Positions 11,483 through 23,845 are shown, counted from the first letter of the stretch. The stretch: 64,000 bases of DNA from Callorhinchus milii (GCF_018977255.1 NW_024704743.1:95978001-96042000), one strand, 5' to 3'. The notes: generated by a model from the sequence alone, not told the origin. A program made the numbers and translations.

Positions 11483-13767
11483 ACTAAAACTCTAATCTTT
11501 GTTGAGTTCCTGCTAGGTAATAATTTCTGCTGGTGCTATACAATAGTTGTAGAGGTAAGATTTTATTCAGATTTGCAAATAAACCTAATATTCCGTAATA
11601 TTCATGTAATCTATTCGCCTCTTTTTGTAGCTTTTTCCATTTGTACTTTTCTTGCTGTGATCCAAGTACAGAAACTTGCATTTATATGGTGCCTTTCACT
11701 TCCAGTAAAGTGTTGAAGTGCTGGGCACTGAATCGGCATGGTTAAAGAGGCTTTCAAAGATGAAGAGAGAAGGACAAGACAGAGGTTGTTTAAGAGGTTG
11801 ATGACATCGGACAGAAGAGGGGCCAGAAGGTGGAGCTGGGAGATGAGGAGAGAGGTGGGGATGGGATAGAGAGAGCAGGTGGTGGGTTATATTAAATGGT
11901 TTGAACTCATGCTTCCCAGAATTCCTGCTTTGGTTTACATTTAGAATAATTACTTACAGTCACCATTAGGAAGAGACTGTAAGACGGTTAAGATACCTAT
12001 TAACCACATGATTAGTAAGTTCTGATAATCTGTTGCAGTAGCCAGGCAGGGTATATTGGATGTGTTGTGTTGAGGTGTTAGGAAGTACAATTATACTTTT
12101 AGGCTTTCTGCGTAAGTAGGTCTAATATATTACTCAGGACATTTGTTATTTTACTGTAAGTTACAGTGCACTTAATGTGCTTCACATTGTATCTGAAGTT
12201 GGAGTGGTATTGGGCATGTTTCAGACAAGACTGGGCACATAGTGACATCAATGTTTGTCCCAGCCCAAACACGTTAACTGCAATGCCAGCATTAGTGTAC
12301 TGGCTCCGGGTGAGAGAGGGAGGTCAGACTCAGTAAGTGAGATTAAATTCCAGTCATGGTACATTAATTTAAGGTATCCTGTGACTGACACAATACAAAG
12401 CCTTTTCAAGACAATTCTCAACTAGTGATGTACTTGGTGTTTATACAAATATTTTGGTGCAAATTTATGTCACAATTGGGGTAAATTTGGTACTGAACTA
12501 CTAATACAATAGAGTAATCTGATAATTTGACTCTGTCTTAACTTGTCACTACCAATTAAGTCATCAGGCAGTGTATATTCCCACATTTATATATGTACTT
12601 AAACATATGCCTAACTCGCCACTCTAGATAACTCCTCACTGAACCCCTTTCCCTTGGACGACGAGTTAACAGAAGTTTACTGTAATTGGTGTTTTGAGTT
12701 TAGAAGTAAAATTCTAACTGATTGCAACACAACATTGCTTTACTGCATCCATTTATGTAAAGCATAAAATATTTATCTTGGTGAAATTTTAAACTCTTTG
12801 ATCTTTGCCCAAATTTCACACAAAGTAAAGTTTGATGAATGCAGACAACACCATATAAATAGAACTAATAGTCAACTGATTCTTCATCTTGGCATGTTTG
12901 AGATGCCAGAACCAAATGCTAACTACCTAATGTTACAGAAATGCCTATGAGTTGGTGATGCGATATGGTTGCAGAGAGGTGGAGAGAAATAGATGAAAAT
13001 AAAACTTAAAAGTTTTCATTTTTTCCCACCTTTCTCCCTAAAAGCACCAACTCCTACAGGGGTGAAATACCCACAAGCAGCAGCTAACCTCCAGAACTTT
13101 TAATAGTAAAGTTCTTGCATTTGATTTTGACTCAGCTTTCGACTAGGAACAGGCTCAATGAGCTGAGTGGCGTCCTCCTGCTTCTAGTTTGCTATGTTTC
13201 TAGGCCTTAGCAACTGAGACATCAGTGGGCTGTTGTAATTACCTTAGACCGTTACTGGATATATGCTGCACATGTTCTACCTCTCTAGATATCTTGCACC
13301 AAGTTACTCACAAATAATAAATCTTACAATTCACGTATGCCTGATTGTAATGGATATTCTTTCTTTAGTCAAACAAAAGGGCTAAGCGTATAATTATCCC
13401 TTCGGTACCAAGAAAATCAATTTAGAAGACAAAGCTCCTCTACAGTATTTTTCTGTACAAAGAATGTTTGCTGGTGCACATTAGTTGCTCTAGGTGACAG
13501 AGAGTTTATTATCGGAAAGACTATGAGCTGTGCCACTGCATATAACCAATGGAAAGATCTATGTGCCACCTGGATTCTCTATTAGTTTAGTTTTACTGAT
13601 GCTACCAGCTTCATGCAGTATCTGTTTTTGAAGTGATGATAGTGGGGAGTTATGAGTTATATCTCGTTATTTATGATTTGCCCTCTAGTGAGGGGAAACA
13701 GAACTACAGGTGTAATTAATACTGTATATTGCATACTGTATACTGTATAACTAATACTGTAATACTG

Positions 13768-14062
13768 TCTCCCACCCAACCCATCCTACCATCAGTGGCC
13801 GAGCTTTCAGCCTTTCTGCCCCCACACTCTGGAACTCCATCCCACAGTCCCTTCGCCTCACTTCCTCCATTGCCTCCTTTAAGACCGATCTCAAGACCCT
13901 TTTCTTCAATCGTGCCTTCGGTCGCCCTCCCACCTCTCTCCTTCCCTCACTCCTACCCCACTCCTCCCCCCCTGCTCGGGTCCTGACCCCTGACTGTCCA
14001 GCGCCTTGGAACGTCCTCCCGACCTGAAAGGCGCTCTATAAATGTAATTTTGTTGTTGTTGT
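13768..14062 (+). mobile_element. L2 3' end
   Basis: Pyrimidine-rich 3' region, stem-loop gcgccttgg...aaggcgc and (TTG)n tail. Confidence 0.85.
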
Positions 14063-14784
14063 ATACAGTGCTAATGATACCTATGCGCACATACTATGAA
14101 CAGATTCTACAAGGATACAGCATTTTCCTCCTGTTGCCATGAATTCTATCCCCATTTTAGTTTGCAGAACATTATTTCATAGCATCAGTGTCAAAACAAG
14201 TCATAGATTACAGTTCTACCTTCTGTCTGGACAGAAAGTAAAACTGTCCACTACTGTTTAAAGAAGGATCTTGAAGGTCTGTAATTCCCAGCAGTGTTAA
14301 AATTATATTGTGGGTCTGTATAAACCAGTTGATGACCCAATATAAAATACACCTGCCGGTGTTACTGGGCAGTGTAAGGAGCTACATACAGTACGCATTT
14401 TATCCTGTGGTCTGGTGCTAAAGGCACATTTTTAGGTCAGTATAGGGCTACTTTTTCTCTACACCTGACTGTGTTGTATCTGATAGAGTGTTTGATGATG
14501 TCTGGAATTTAAAATGGAACGTTTTTGTAATATTTCTTAATCCACAACAAAGGTATCTTTTAGTAATTCCTTTATTCTCAGCTCACAACAATACAACACT
14601 CCTACTGTAAACCCATAACATTTTGTGTGACTTCCAGCGACCTTTTATACATCCTGTCTTCTTCTGATTGCCTCTCTCTTAATTGCCATTTTTTATCTGG
14701 AGGATTGTTGTCCATGACACCAGAAGAAATTGCCATTTAAAGCAATATCCAACAGTTTTCATTCTTCAATATTTAGGTGTCATC

Positions 14785-15125
14785 CTGGCTCGGTTGGCAG
14801 CACTCTTTCCTCGGAGTCAGAATGTTGTAGGTTCAAGCCCCAATTTGGGATTTTGAACTTATCGCGTATACTGACACTCAGTGCTGGTGCTGGAGAAGTG
14901 CTGCATTGTTGAAGGTACCACCCTTTGGACGAGTTATTAAACTGAGGTACCGTCTACCTGTTTAGGTGGACATTAAAGATACCATGACACTGTTCGAAAA
15001 AGAAAGGATTTTCTTCTGGTGTCATGGACAACAATCCTCCAGATAAAAAATGGTCATTCACTTTCATGGCTGTTTGCGGGACATTAAGTTGTGCAAATTG
15101 AATGGGGTGTTCACCTACAAATACA
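14785..15125 (+). mobile_element. Older tRNA-head SINE with Deu-domain-like core (DeuSINE/SacSINE1-like)
   Basis: Head ggctcggttggcagcactct..ggttcaagccc; core gtgctgcattgttgaaggt..ttaaactgagg..aggtggacattaaagataccatg resembles the recalled Deu domain. Related copies at about 21470-21730, 39145-39550 and 60133-60430 (minus). Confidence 0.7.
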
Positions 15126-15926
15126 CACAAATCAAATTAAAGGATTATTTGATGTTTCTTGCCGTGGAATGAAAGCACCCAAATTTAGGCTCCTTTGAGC
15201 GTGCAAATACAGTTACAGATTAGTCAAATTATGTGTTTTATTTATGTAAATTAATGAGGAAATCCTACTGAAATGTGCAATATAACAAACTGTCTTTGGG
15301 ATGGACCCTATGCAGACTTTTAAAGGGAAACTCTTATTTCTAGTGATTTGCAATTATTGTCACCTCACCATAGGATGTTAATTAGGTTTTGGAACTAAAG
15401 CTGGGACGGTATTTCAAGGACGTACTAACTAATTACAAAAGGAGGGAAAGTTGTCCATGTAATAGATAATTTCTCTGCTTCTTGAGATTTAACGAAAATG
15501 TTGCTGCTGTTAATCGGAAGCTTAAAACTGGCAACTCCTAAGCAGTCAAAAGCCTAGAAGTGGGCACACTTAAAAGAGGGCGAAGTGAAGCTAGAAATGC
15601 CTTCAGTTTAATGCTTCTTTTGTTAACTTTCAGCTGTTAATTATCGTAGTTCTCGTCTGTGTGTGAAAAATGCATCCAAAAGTAGTTATGATGTTGTGTA
15701 GTTTAATATGATTTCAGTCATTGCAAGTATTGAAGATCTTTAGTTGAAATGAACTGCTGACATTTAATACTGATGTAATTTTCACTGTTTTTTCCAAGCA
15801 CTGAACTCAGGTCAACAGTAGCTTATTGTTTTCTGCATTGAGCAGCTGCCTGGTTAAGCACTGTGGATCGGTCTCTTTGGAAACACAACAGACAGCTGAC
15901 TACCTCTTTTTTTTTTGTCTTGCTAG

Positions 15927-16022
15927 ACTTAGACACTGGGCAGAAGAACAGTTGAACGATTATCCTATACCATGCAGAAGTAGCTGCTGAGGTGTTTTAG
16001 AGCAGCTGGTGTTCAGGAACTG
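15927..16022 (+). other. Probable 5'-UTR exon of the RING gene (96 nt) with micro-uORF MQK*
   Basis: Poly-T tract plus tgctag acceptor; CTG|GTAAGT donor; ATG CAG AAG TAG at 15972-15983. Confidence 0.6.
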
Positions 16023-16569
16023 GTAAGTTAATATTTCTAATTGTTTAAATGTAATATAACAAAACAGTGCTGGGATCATTGTAAGTATAATAAACCATAT
16101 GACCTTGGTCTGGCAATTATTATGATAATTTTAAATAGAAAAAGTAGTGCAGTTAGATTATTTGAATTTTCAATGCTAGGTATCAGTTTTTAAAACTGTT
16201 TTACTTAATATGCCTGCCTGCACATCGCATATCAATTAATTACAGCGATCTACAGTAATACTAAAATAAAAATCTAACAAGATCACAATGGTTTAGTTTG
16301 GATATTTTTGAAGTAATTCCATCTCCTTTGCTTTTATAATCCTTTCTGCTAAAAAGCATGGTGAAAACATCATTATGTGATATATTGATCCCAGGTGATA
16401 ACTAACAACATATTGATAAAAGTGATCGAGACAGTCAATAACAAGACTGCTCATGGATGTGGTCTCCCTCCGTCTAATCCTGTGACAATGAGACAGCTTG
16501 CAAGCTGTCAACGGTAGTTTTTAATCTGTTAAGAATCATTCAAATTTCAATCGATCAATCTGATTTTCT

Positions 16570-16802
16570 CATGTGTCTCATGTCCTCCGTTCAGCCGCTA
16601 TGCCCCGAAACTCTAGAATACTCTTCCTCTATCGCTCTGCTTTGACCCTTCCTTCCCCATCTTCAGATCGCGCCTGAAGACCTTCCTATTCGACCGTGAG
16701 GTCATCTCCCCCCCCCCAGCTCGACGTCGTGCTCCGCCAATGTCAAGCGCTCTGGAACGCTACCCTGCATAAGCGGTGCTATGTAAATGCAAGTTGTTGT
16801 TA
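16570..16802 (+). mobile_element. L2 3' end (second subfamily)
   Basis: ctgaagaccttcctattcgacc...tgtaaatgcaagttgttgt tail. Confidence 0.7.
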
Positions 16803-17355
16803 TAACTGAGCATCTCCAATCCCTCCAACCTCCCACTGTGCCCCTGGTCTTCAGCTTAATGTGTTTGGGTCACAAAGCCAGTTGAATTTGTTGGTGCCAA
16901 TGGTAATGCTGTTCCTGAAGTATTTCAATGATTTCAAATTAATTAATCAAATTCAATTTGGCTCTGGAATCATCTTCTCCACAGTTGGTAACCCAAGTGG
17001 CATCATTGTAATCTTTGGGCCTAACTATTATGTTAAAACTATGCTGAGGAAAAGAGGGGAGTCCACATTATACATTTGACCCCTATCTGTTCACAGGAAC
17101 ATCAAGAACATGTGCTCTGAAACACATGTTCCATAAGTGGGGGTGGATGATATCTTGGAGCTTTTACATTTGGGTTTCTGGAAGTATCTCTATAGAACCT
17201 TTCTCTATTGATAGTGGATTGGGAAGAGTCTATGGTCGAAAGTGTTGCATGCTTTGTGGAAGCAGTAAACTTGATTTTCTATAATATAACTCTAAACTTG
17301 TTATCTTGGTTTCTTATTTTGTTACAGGAACAGATGCTGATTGTGATTGGATATC

Positions 17356-17561
17356 ATGGGCTATGATATAGAGCGATTTATAGGCTATGTAAACGATGGA
17401 CTATTGTGTTGCATTTGTCGGGATGTGTTAGAGAACCCCGTACAGGCACCATGTGAACATGCCTTCTGTACATCGTGTATCCATGGCTGGCTCATTCAGA
17501 ATCATAATTGTCCTGAAGATCGGCAGCCCCTGGACATATCCATGCTTCGACCATTATTCAG
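17356..17561 (+). CDS. RING gene coding exon 1 (RING domain)
   Basis: Acceptor gttacag at 17327, ATG at 17356, donor AG|GTGCTC. Confidence 0.92.
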
Positions 17562-20500
17562 GTGCTCTTGTAAACCTTGTCCTTAGAAATTTTTAAATCC
17601 ACTTTGAAATCATTTGGTTCAAAATGAAAAATTCAAGTTGATAATTGCAATTTCCTGAATTTAAGAATAAGAGATTCACATCAAGACCTGCCAACTGGTG
17701 AATCATAAATCCAAGCTAGCAATGTCCGAAAACAAAATTGCCTCTGAGCTACAGAAATTTTTTTATTGTTTCCCATTAGATATATGAGAAATGATCTGAA
17801 TCGTCTTCAGATTTGGTGCCGAAACCGAGAACATGGATGTGAAACAATCTGTTCTTTAGAAGCTATTGACCGACATGAGAGGGAGTGTGAATACAGCCGT
17901 GTTCCATGCTCAAATGCTGGTAAGTGCAAGGCAATAGAGGTTTATTCATCAGATGTTTGTATCAGTTATCCAATAATAGTGTGAGGAGCTTACAAATCCT
18001 TATGATAAATTGTTTTTCTAACGGAAGGAAAGAGTAAACATTGACTTAGTAGAATTATTTAACTACTTGAAGACTACTTTTAAGTATTTCTACTTTAGAC
18101 AAGAAGTATGTATTGACACTCAGTGCCACCCAATACCAATAATAGACATCGGTTTCCATTAGAAATTGAAGGGAGGGAAACTGAACAGTATTAAAATGAT
18201 TTCTAAGGTATGAAAGTGCTGTGTATGTACACAGCATGGACACAGTCCGGAGTCCTGTAGCTCAGTGGTTAGAGCACTCGCCTCGCAAGCGAGATACCTG
18301 GGTTTGATTCCCAGCAGGGTGAAACCTTGGGCAAGTTTCCATACTCCACACACCTGATAATAATCCCTCAAGAAAAAAAATGTTTGGTCACTTCAATCCA
18401 CGACTCTTTGTGGGACACTGCTGTGCACAATTGGCTGCCATGTTTCACCCACAAATACATACAGTCAATTCACTATGATGCGCTTTGAGACTTCTAGAAG
18501 ACTTGAAAAGCGCTATATCAAATGCAAGGATTATTATTATTATTATTATGCATGGCAAAACAATGTATCAAACCACTTCATAAATTATGGCAAAACGTTG
18601 CTACTGTATTTCTAAACACAGAGTGAAAATATTATGATAAGAGCAGATTTCCTCCGCTGGAGTTTCCAGAATCCCAGTCAGCTTCCTGGTTTCCAGCTTC
18701 CTGGTTATTGTGGCTGTCAAAGTGGGTAACAAACTTGTCCAACCGCACCCCCTTGTGGCGAGATATATACATAGCAAATTCTCTAAATCAAAAAGGATCT
18801 CCTATTGTTGAAAAAGGACTTGTTGAGTATGATTCTGTGGAGGGATCTAGAGCCATGTTATCGACGCAGTAAAATGGGATCCTTTGAGTAATATATTAAT
18901 CACAAGAAACCATAGGGCAAGAAAATAATATTTGGCTTATAAGCCTGTTCCTTCCAGAAACCACAGCACAGAAGGTAGCTATTCAGCCTTTCACTCCAGC
19001 TTCTACAATTGCCAGCTTCTCCATTGGAACTACCTACTTTAACTCCAATTCTCTTTCCTTGTACCCTTTTATATTACTTTTCTTTATATACAGTGAAATT
19101 CAGTTTAATTGAACATCAGGTAATTGAATAGTTCGGTTTATTGAATAGAATTTAGAAATCCCAAACCATTTGCACACCTGATCTATGAATATAGATTGGT
19201 TAATTGAATACCATTACAAATAATTGATACAAATAATTGGGTTATTGAATAAATTCCCCAGGACCATTTATGTAAAAAACAGTTAATCTGGGTCCACATA
19301 AATGCATATTCCTAAATCACCACCATATACAGTCCAGCACTGACGTCCGTGTCCTCTCCGCCTTCCCCCGATCTCGCCTCACTCCCCAGAGAGATTGCTG
19401 CCGATTGTTCAGTTGGCCACATGTAAGCGAGGACACATGTGGTTCCGATGTTGTCAGAGGCCGAGCTCTGGGAGGTGATTCTTCTCTGATATTTAGTCCA
19501 GTTATATGAATATTTCTGTTTATTCAATAATTTTCATGGTCAAATTGAGTATTCAGTTAAAAGAATTTCACTGTATTAACCATGAACGTTTTAGCCAGTT
19601 CCCCATCTAATTCTTCCAGTGGCATTCCTGAGATCATGTTCCATTGTCACCAATTCAGCATCCATCGGAATAATGTTTGAATACATCTCAGAACCTTTTG
19701 GAGTTTTCACGACCTCTATTTTGGATTTCTCATAACCTTCTCTGCTTGAACTTGCCACACCACCAAATATTGATAAGTGTTTGTTTGCTGCATGTTGTGG
19801 AAATAATCAGTACGCCCAATGAGTTTATTCGGCTAGATCATCATGTTCAGTATTTTAAGTTTCCCTTTGCTAATTTGTCTGCAGGTGGAATTTACATGTG
19901 TTATGGATGTGGTATGTATTTTAAAAAAAAGCTTGTTGCCAGCCAGCTGTGACTCAATGAGAGTAGTTGAATGTTGAGACTGGCCTTGTGAGTTTCTAGT
20001 GCAGTGATTTGATTGATTTGGTATTCTGTTTAGAGTTCAAAGCCACAGTCCAAAATCTTGGAAGGTGATTACCTCCTTCTCAGTACTTTTCTCCAGTTTC
20101 CCCACTCAAAAGTGATGTGATACCCAGGATTTTGGTTTATTATACGAACATTTCCAGCGTGTGATCTACATGTTGTACAGTGTGCCATGTGTAAACAATG
20201 TACAAAAGTGTGTAAAGAATAAGCGGTCCGAGGCACACTACCACACTTGAGGGGTTCAATACAAACGCAAGTTGTTGTTGTTCACGCATGTGAATAGAGA
20301 GCATTACAGATATCCTTGAATATATAATTAACAAACAATTAATTATTTAACTAAGGACAGCTGTAACTCCTATGTACATACATTTACACATGGTGCATAA
20401 TCGATCCTCAGTGTGTGTTTCAGTTTCTGGTGCATGCCTTTTATTCTCCCGTGCAGCCAAATGGCACACAGTATGTTATACCCAAAGGACTTCATGTTTC

Positions 20501-23365
20501 ATACAAAATTAATGCCCAAGTGTGCACACTAAAAAGTGTGTTGTGCATTCAGTCATTCAAGCACTGTGATGGTTCTATTGTAGTTAACCTCATTCGAAGA
20601 TAACAAGAAATAGCGGTATCCAGATACTACCAATCCAGTACTAGATTTACCCTGAAACATGTGACGTCTGTGCCAAATGCTTAATTCCAAATCATAAGTG
20701 CATAAGTGATTTTCGTAAAACCCTGGCAATGGTGGCATATTATCAGTGTCATTTATGTTCAATTGTGAATAAGAAACAAATATTATAGATTTCCAATATA
20801 AGGAAAATAAGTGATGATACCCACATAATGGCCACTTTCAGTAATAAAGTCCCTTCAAATGGGTTAAACTGAGCTTAACTGGCACTTATTTCATTGACTG
20901 TAACAAAACAAATTTGAACTCTTTTCACTGCTGTGTACTATAGGTCAAGATATGTCTCCTTCTAGTACTGCTTGTGTTTTGAGAGCTTGATTTGTGGTTA
21001 TCTTGGTTATGAATTTTAAGCTGTTTCTGTCAAGTATTTTTTAACATTAATACCAACGCCTCCAAAGGTTGTACTGCTCAGGTCGAGCGTCGCAATCTGG
21101 AAACCCACGCAGCTGTGTGTGAATATCGGAGCCGGGAATGTTCCGATGGATGTGGTTATACAATTCTCAGTGTAGACGATGTACAGCACAACTGTATAGC
21201 AGAGTTACGGACAGAGCTGGAATTGCTCAGGTAGGTACGTTCAGGGACTGACGGAATCCAACTTCACTGCTGTAGTACGTACAAATAAAAACGGTATTGT
21301 TTTGGAAAGTTACAGGCATGAAGTTAATTTAAATTAACTTAAGCTACAATTACATGAGAATTTTGGTATAATGTTTAAAAAACATTGATTTCTAGAGCAT
21401 TGCAACTAAACGAGAACACTGAAAATAAAATACAATAAAATTAATTTAGAATTTGTTTCAGTGAAGCTTTAAACCAAGGTCCTGTCTGCGTTTTCAGGGG
21501 GTGTTAAAAATCCCCTGGCACTGTTTGAAAAGAGAAGGGAATTTCTCATGATATCATGGCCAACAGTCCTCCAGATAAAATTAGTCATTTACTCATGGCT
21601 ATTTGTGGGACATTGATGTGTGCAATTTGCCTGCCATGTTTCCCTATAAATACACAATCGCTATACTTTCCAATGAATCTTGTGAAGCCATTTTGATGAC
21701 GTGATCTCAAATGCAAGGATTATTTTATTATAATATCTACAAACAGGAAAGTGCGAGAGTGACAGGATAGTGCCTGCCCCAGGAGAATCCCCTCCACTCC
21801 ACATAACATTCACCCACTCGCCTCTCAAGCACTAGCTCCCCTCCAAGGAGAAACAAAAAAACAGGAAAAAAATGGTGAATTTTAGGGAAAAGATTTACCA
21901 GGAAAATTTCTTCTCAACTTTTAAGGGCAGCTCAACACAAGTGAGATCCAGGAGAAGGTCAAGCCACCATCATGTCAGTTGGTATAAATATGGGGCTCTG
22001 AAAGTTTTTCTCTTATAGATAGAGCAAAATCACTGAGAGAAAACAACAATGTGAGGGTAATGTTTTGTACTGAAGTTACAAACTCCAATAAATATCTTTC
22101 CCCATCATCGAAACCTGCTCCAACCACAAGGTGATTTTACTGCATTTGCTGTCAATAAAACATGGCTAACGAGCAGGACACTGTGATCAAACATATGTGA
22201 AGTAGAGGAAAACATTAGGTAAAGTTTTCATATGCTGGACTCATCTACACCAACCAGATCAACCATATGAAATGTATTCACGTGTATTACCTGGCAGGAA
22301 TTGTCCATTAAATTCAAGGGGCTTGTGCTTGTTTTTTATATCTAAAATAAAGGTCTGAGATGATTTGTAAAGTAGAAGAAGTGAGACACGAGATGGAATC
22401 CCGTTTGGACTCTCAAAGAAGGCATATGGTGCAGAAGGAAAGTCTTCTACAAAATGAAATTGAGGAGCTGAAGGTTTGTCATTTTACCTGTTGTGTACAA
22501 TGGCTTTTAAATTATCTTAATTCAACAGTCATTGCAATGCATTTTACAGAACTTTCTTCTGAAGGATTATTAAATCCTTTGAAGGAGAGGTGAGACTGGA
22601 GATGCGAAGAATCTCTTTCCACCCACTCTGTAAAAGTAGTAAGTAAATGCAGCAGACTATCCAAAACAGATACTACTGTTTGTTAACTTTTTAAAAAGAA
22701 CTGGCCAACAGTGTAGTAAGGAACAAGTTATAAGAATTAAATATTCTGCAGAATACTGATTTGTGGTGTTGGGAGCATAAACATGTGATCTGTATATGAC
22801 TGAGCCGTACTTTTGCACTAATAATACTGTTACATTGATGATAGTTATCCTTACATTTAAACACTCCTCCGGCATGATACCTCTTGTGAAGGGCGCTATA
22901 TAAGTGGAAGTTGTTGTTAAATTTGATATCATGACTTTCACATCAGAAGGGTGTCTCAAAGCGCTTCACAGAATATACTGCAAAGTGGAGTGACGATGTT
23001 CTGTAGGCTAACCACCCATGGAGGATAACACACCTTCCCAACACGAAAGGTGCTATGTAAATGTATGATGTATATTATGTATTGTGTGCAAGTTGAATGG
23101 ATTTTGATACTCAATGCACTTTCAGAGTCAGATGTCACGTGTGAAGTCAGATATGCGGACACTCGTGGCAGAAGAAAGACAGCACCGTCAGGAGCTGGAA
23201 CAGGCTGAATTGGAGAAGAGAGAACTGATGGAGTTATTGAAAAGTTTGCATAAAGATACCAGGGCTGCAGCTGGAGAGGGAAACAGCAAAAAGCACACCA
23301 ATGGTCGACCTCTTTTACGCCTGGAAAGCATTAAAAGAAAACCAAGAGAGGTCACTGTCATCTAA
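17356..23365 (+). CDS. RNF41/RNF151-like RING finger E3 ubiquitin ligase, 289 aa; coding exons 17356-17561, 17780-17919, 21068-21230, 22353-22473, 23126-23365
   Basis: MGYDIERF start resembles RNF41 MGYDVTRF. C3HC4 RING (CCICRD..APCEHAFCTSC..CPEDR), TRAF/SIAH-type Cys/His fingers, then coiled coil. All junctions are GT-AG with phases 2,1,2,0; total 870 nt. Confidence 0.92.
17780..17919 (+). CDS. RING gene coding exon 2 (zinc finger)
   Basis: RYMRNDLNRLQIWCRNREHGCETICSLEAIDRHERECEYSRVPCSNA; donor G|GTAAGT. Confidence 0.92.
18249..18549 (+). mobile_element. tRNA-derived SINE, full length
   Basis: A-box TAGCTCAGTGG 18258-18268, B-box GGTTTGATTCC 18301-18311, L2-like 3' end, (ATT)n tail. Confidence 0.9.
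19091..19573. mobile_element. Non-autonomous Tc1/mariner (pogo/Tigger-like) DNA transposon / MITE
   Basis: TA|CAGTGAAATTC ... GAATTTCACTG|TA terminal inverted repeats with TA duplication; subterminal ATTGAA repeats. Confidence 0.75.
21068..21230 (+). CDS. RING gene coding exon 3 (TRAF-type zinc finger; absent from the ORF track)
   Basis: GCTAQVERRNLETHAAVCEYRSRECSDGCGYTILSVDDVQHNCIAELRTELELL; ccaaag acceptor, AG|GTAGGT donor. Confidence 0.9.
22353..22473 (+). CDS. RING gene coding exon 4 (coiled coil)
   Basis: SEMICKVEEVRHEMESRLDSQRRHMVQKESLLQNEIEELK; donor AAG|GTTTGT. Confidence 0.9.
23126..23365 (+). CDS. RING gene terminal coding exon
   Basis: ctttcag acceptor; SQMSRVKSDMRTLVAEERQH...KPREVTVI*; AATAAA at 23425-23430. 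Confidence 0.9.
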   Translation, partial: SQMSRVKSDMRTLVAEERQHRQELEQAELEKRELMELLKSLHKDTRAAAGEGNSKKHTNGRPLLRLESIKRKPREVTVI

Positions 23366-23545
23366 GAAACAGTAAGTTACAAAATATGGGATCAAAAATT
23401 CTGCCTGGTTCTAGATTTATTATTAATAAAAATAATCCTTACATTTGATATAGTGCCTTTCACGTCAGGAGGACGTATCAAAGTGCTTCCCAGGTTATAC
23501 TGCAAAGTTGAGTGACAATGTTATTGTGGACGAACTCTATTTATA

Positions 23546-23845
23546 CAACAACAAATTGCATTTGTATAGCGTCTTTCACGTCGGGAAGACGTCCTAAGGT
23601 GCTGGATAGTGAGGGGTTTGCACTCAAGCTGGGGGTTGGAATTGAGAGGGATGGGGGGCAAGACAAGTGAAGGTGGGAAAATGACTGAAATGTCAAAGAG
23701 GAAAGTGTGAGAAATACCTTGAAGGTTAAGAGTTGCGGTGGAGGGATTCCAGGATAGAGGGAACGGTTAGGTACGTAACTGTTTAGTAGGTCTCAGAAGT
23801 AGAAGCAAGACCTTGGAGGGCTTTACAAGTGAGGATGAGGACTTT
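23546..23845 (-). mobile_element. L2 3' fragment, preceded by a SINE tail at about 23430-23530
   Basis: acaacaacaaattgcatttgtatagcgtc tail on the plus strand and purine-rich body. Confidence 0.7.

Noticed and set aside
18249..18325. tRNA genes (also near 10430-10498 and 11410-11482)
   Set aside because: These are SINE heads continuing into SINE body and (ATT)n tail, with no clean cloverleaf or terminator.
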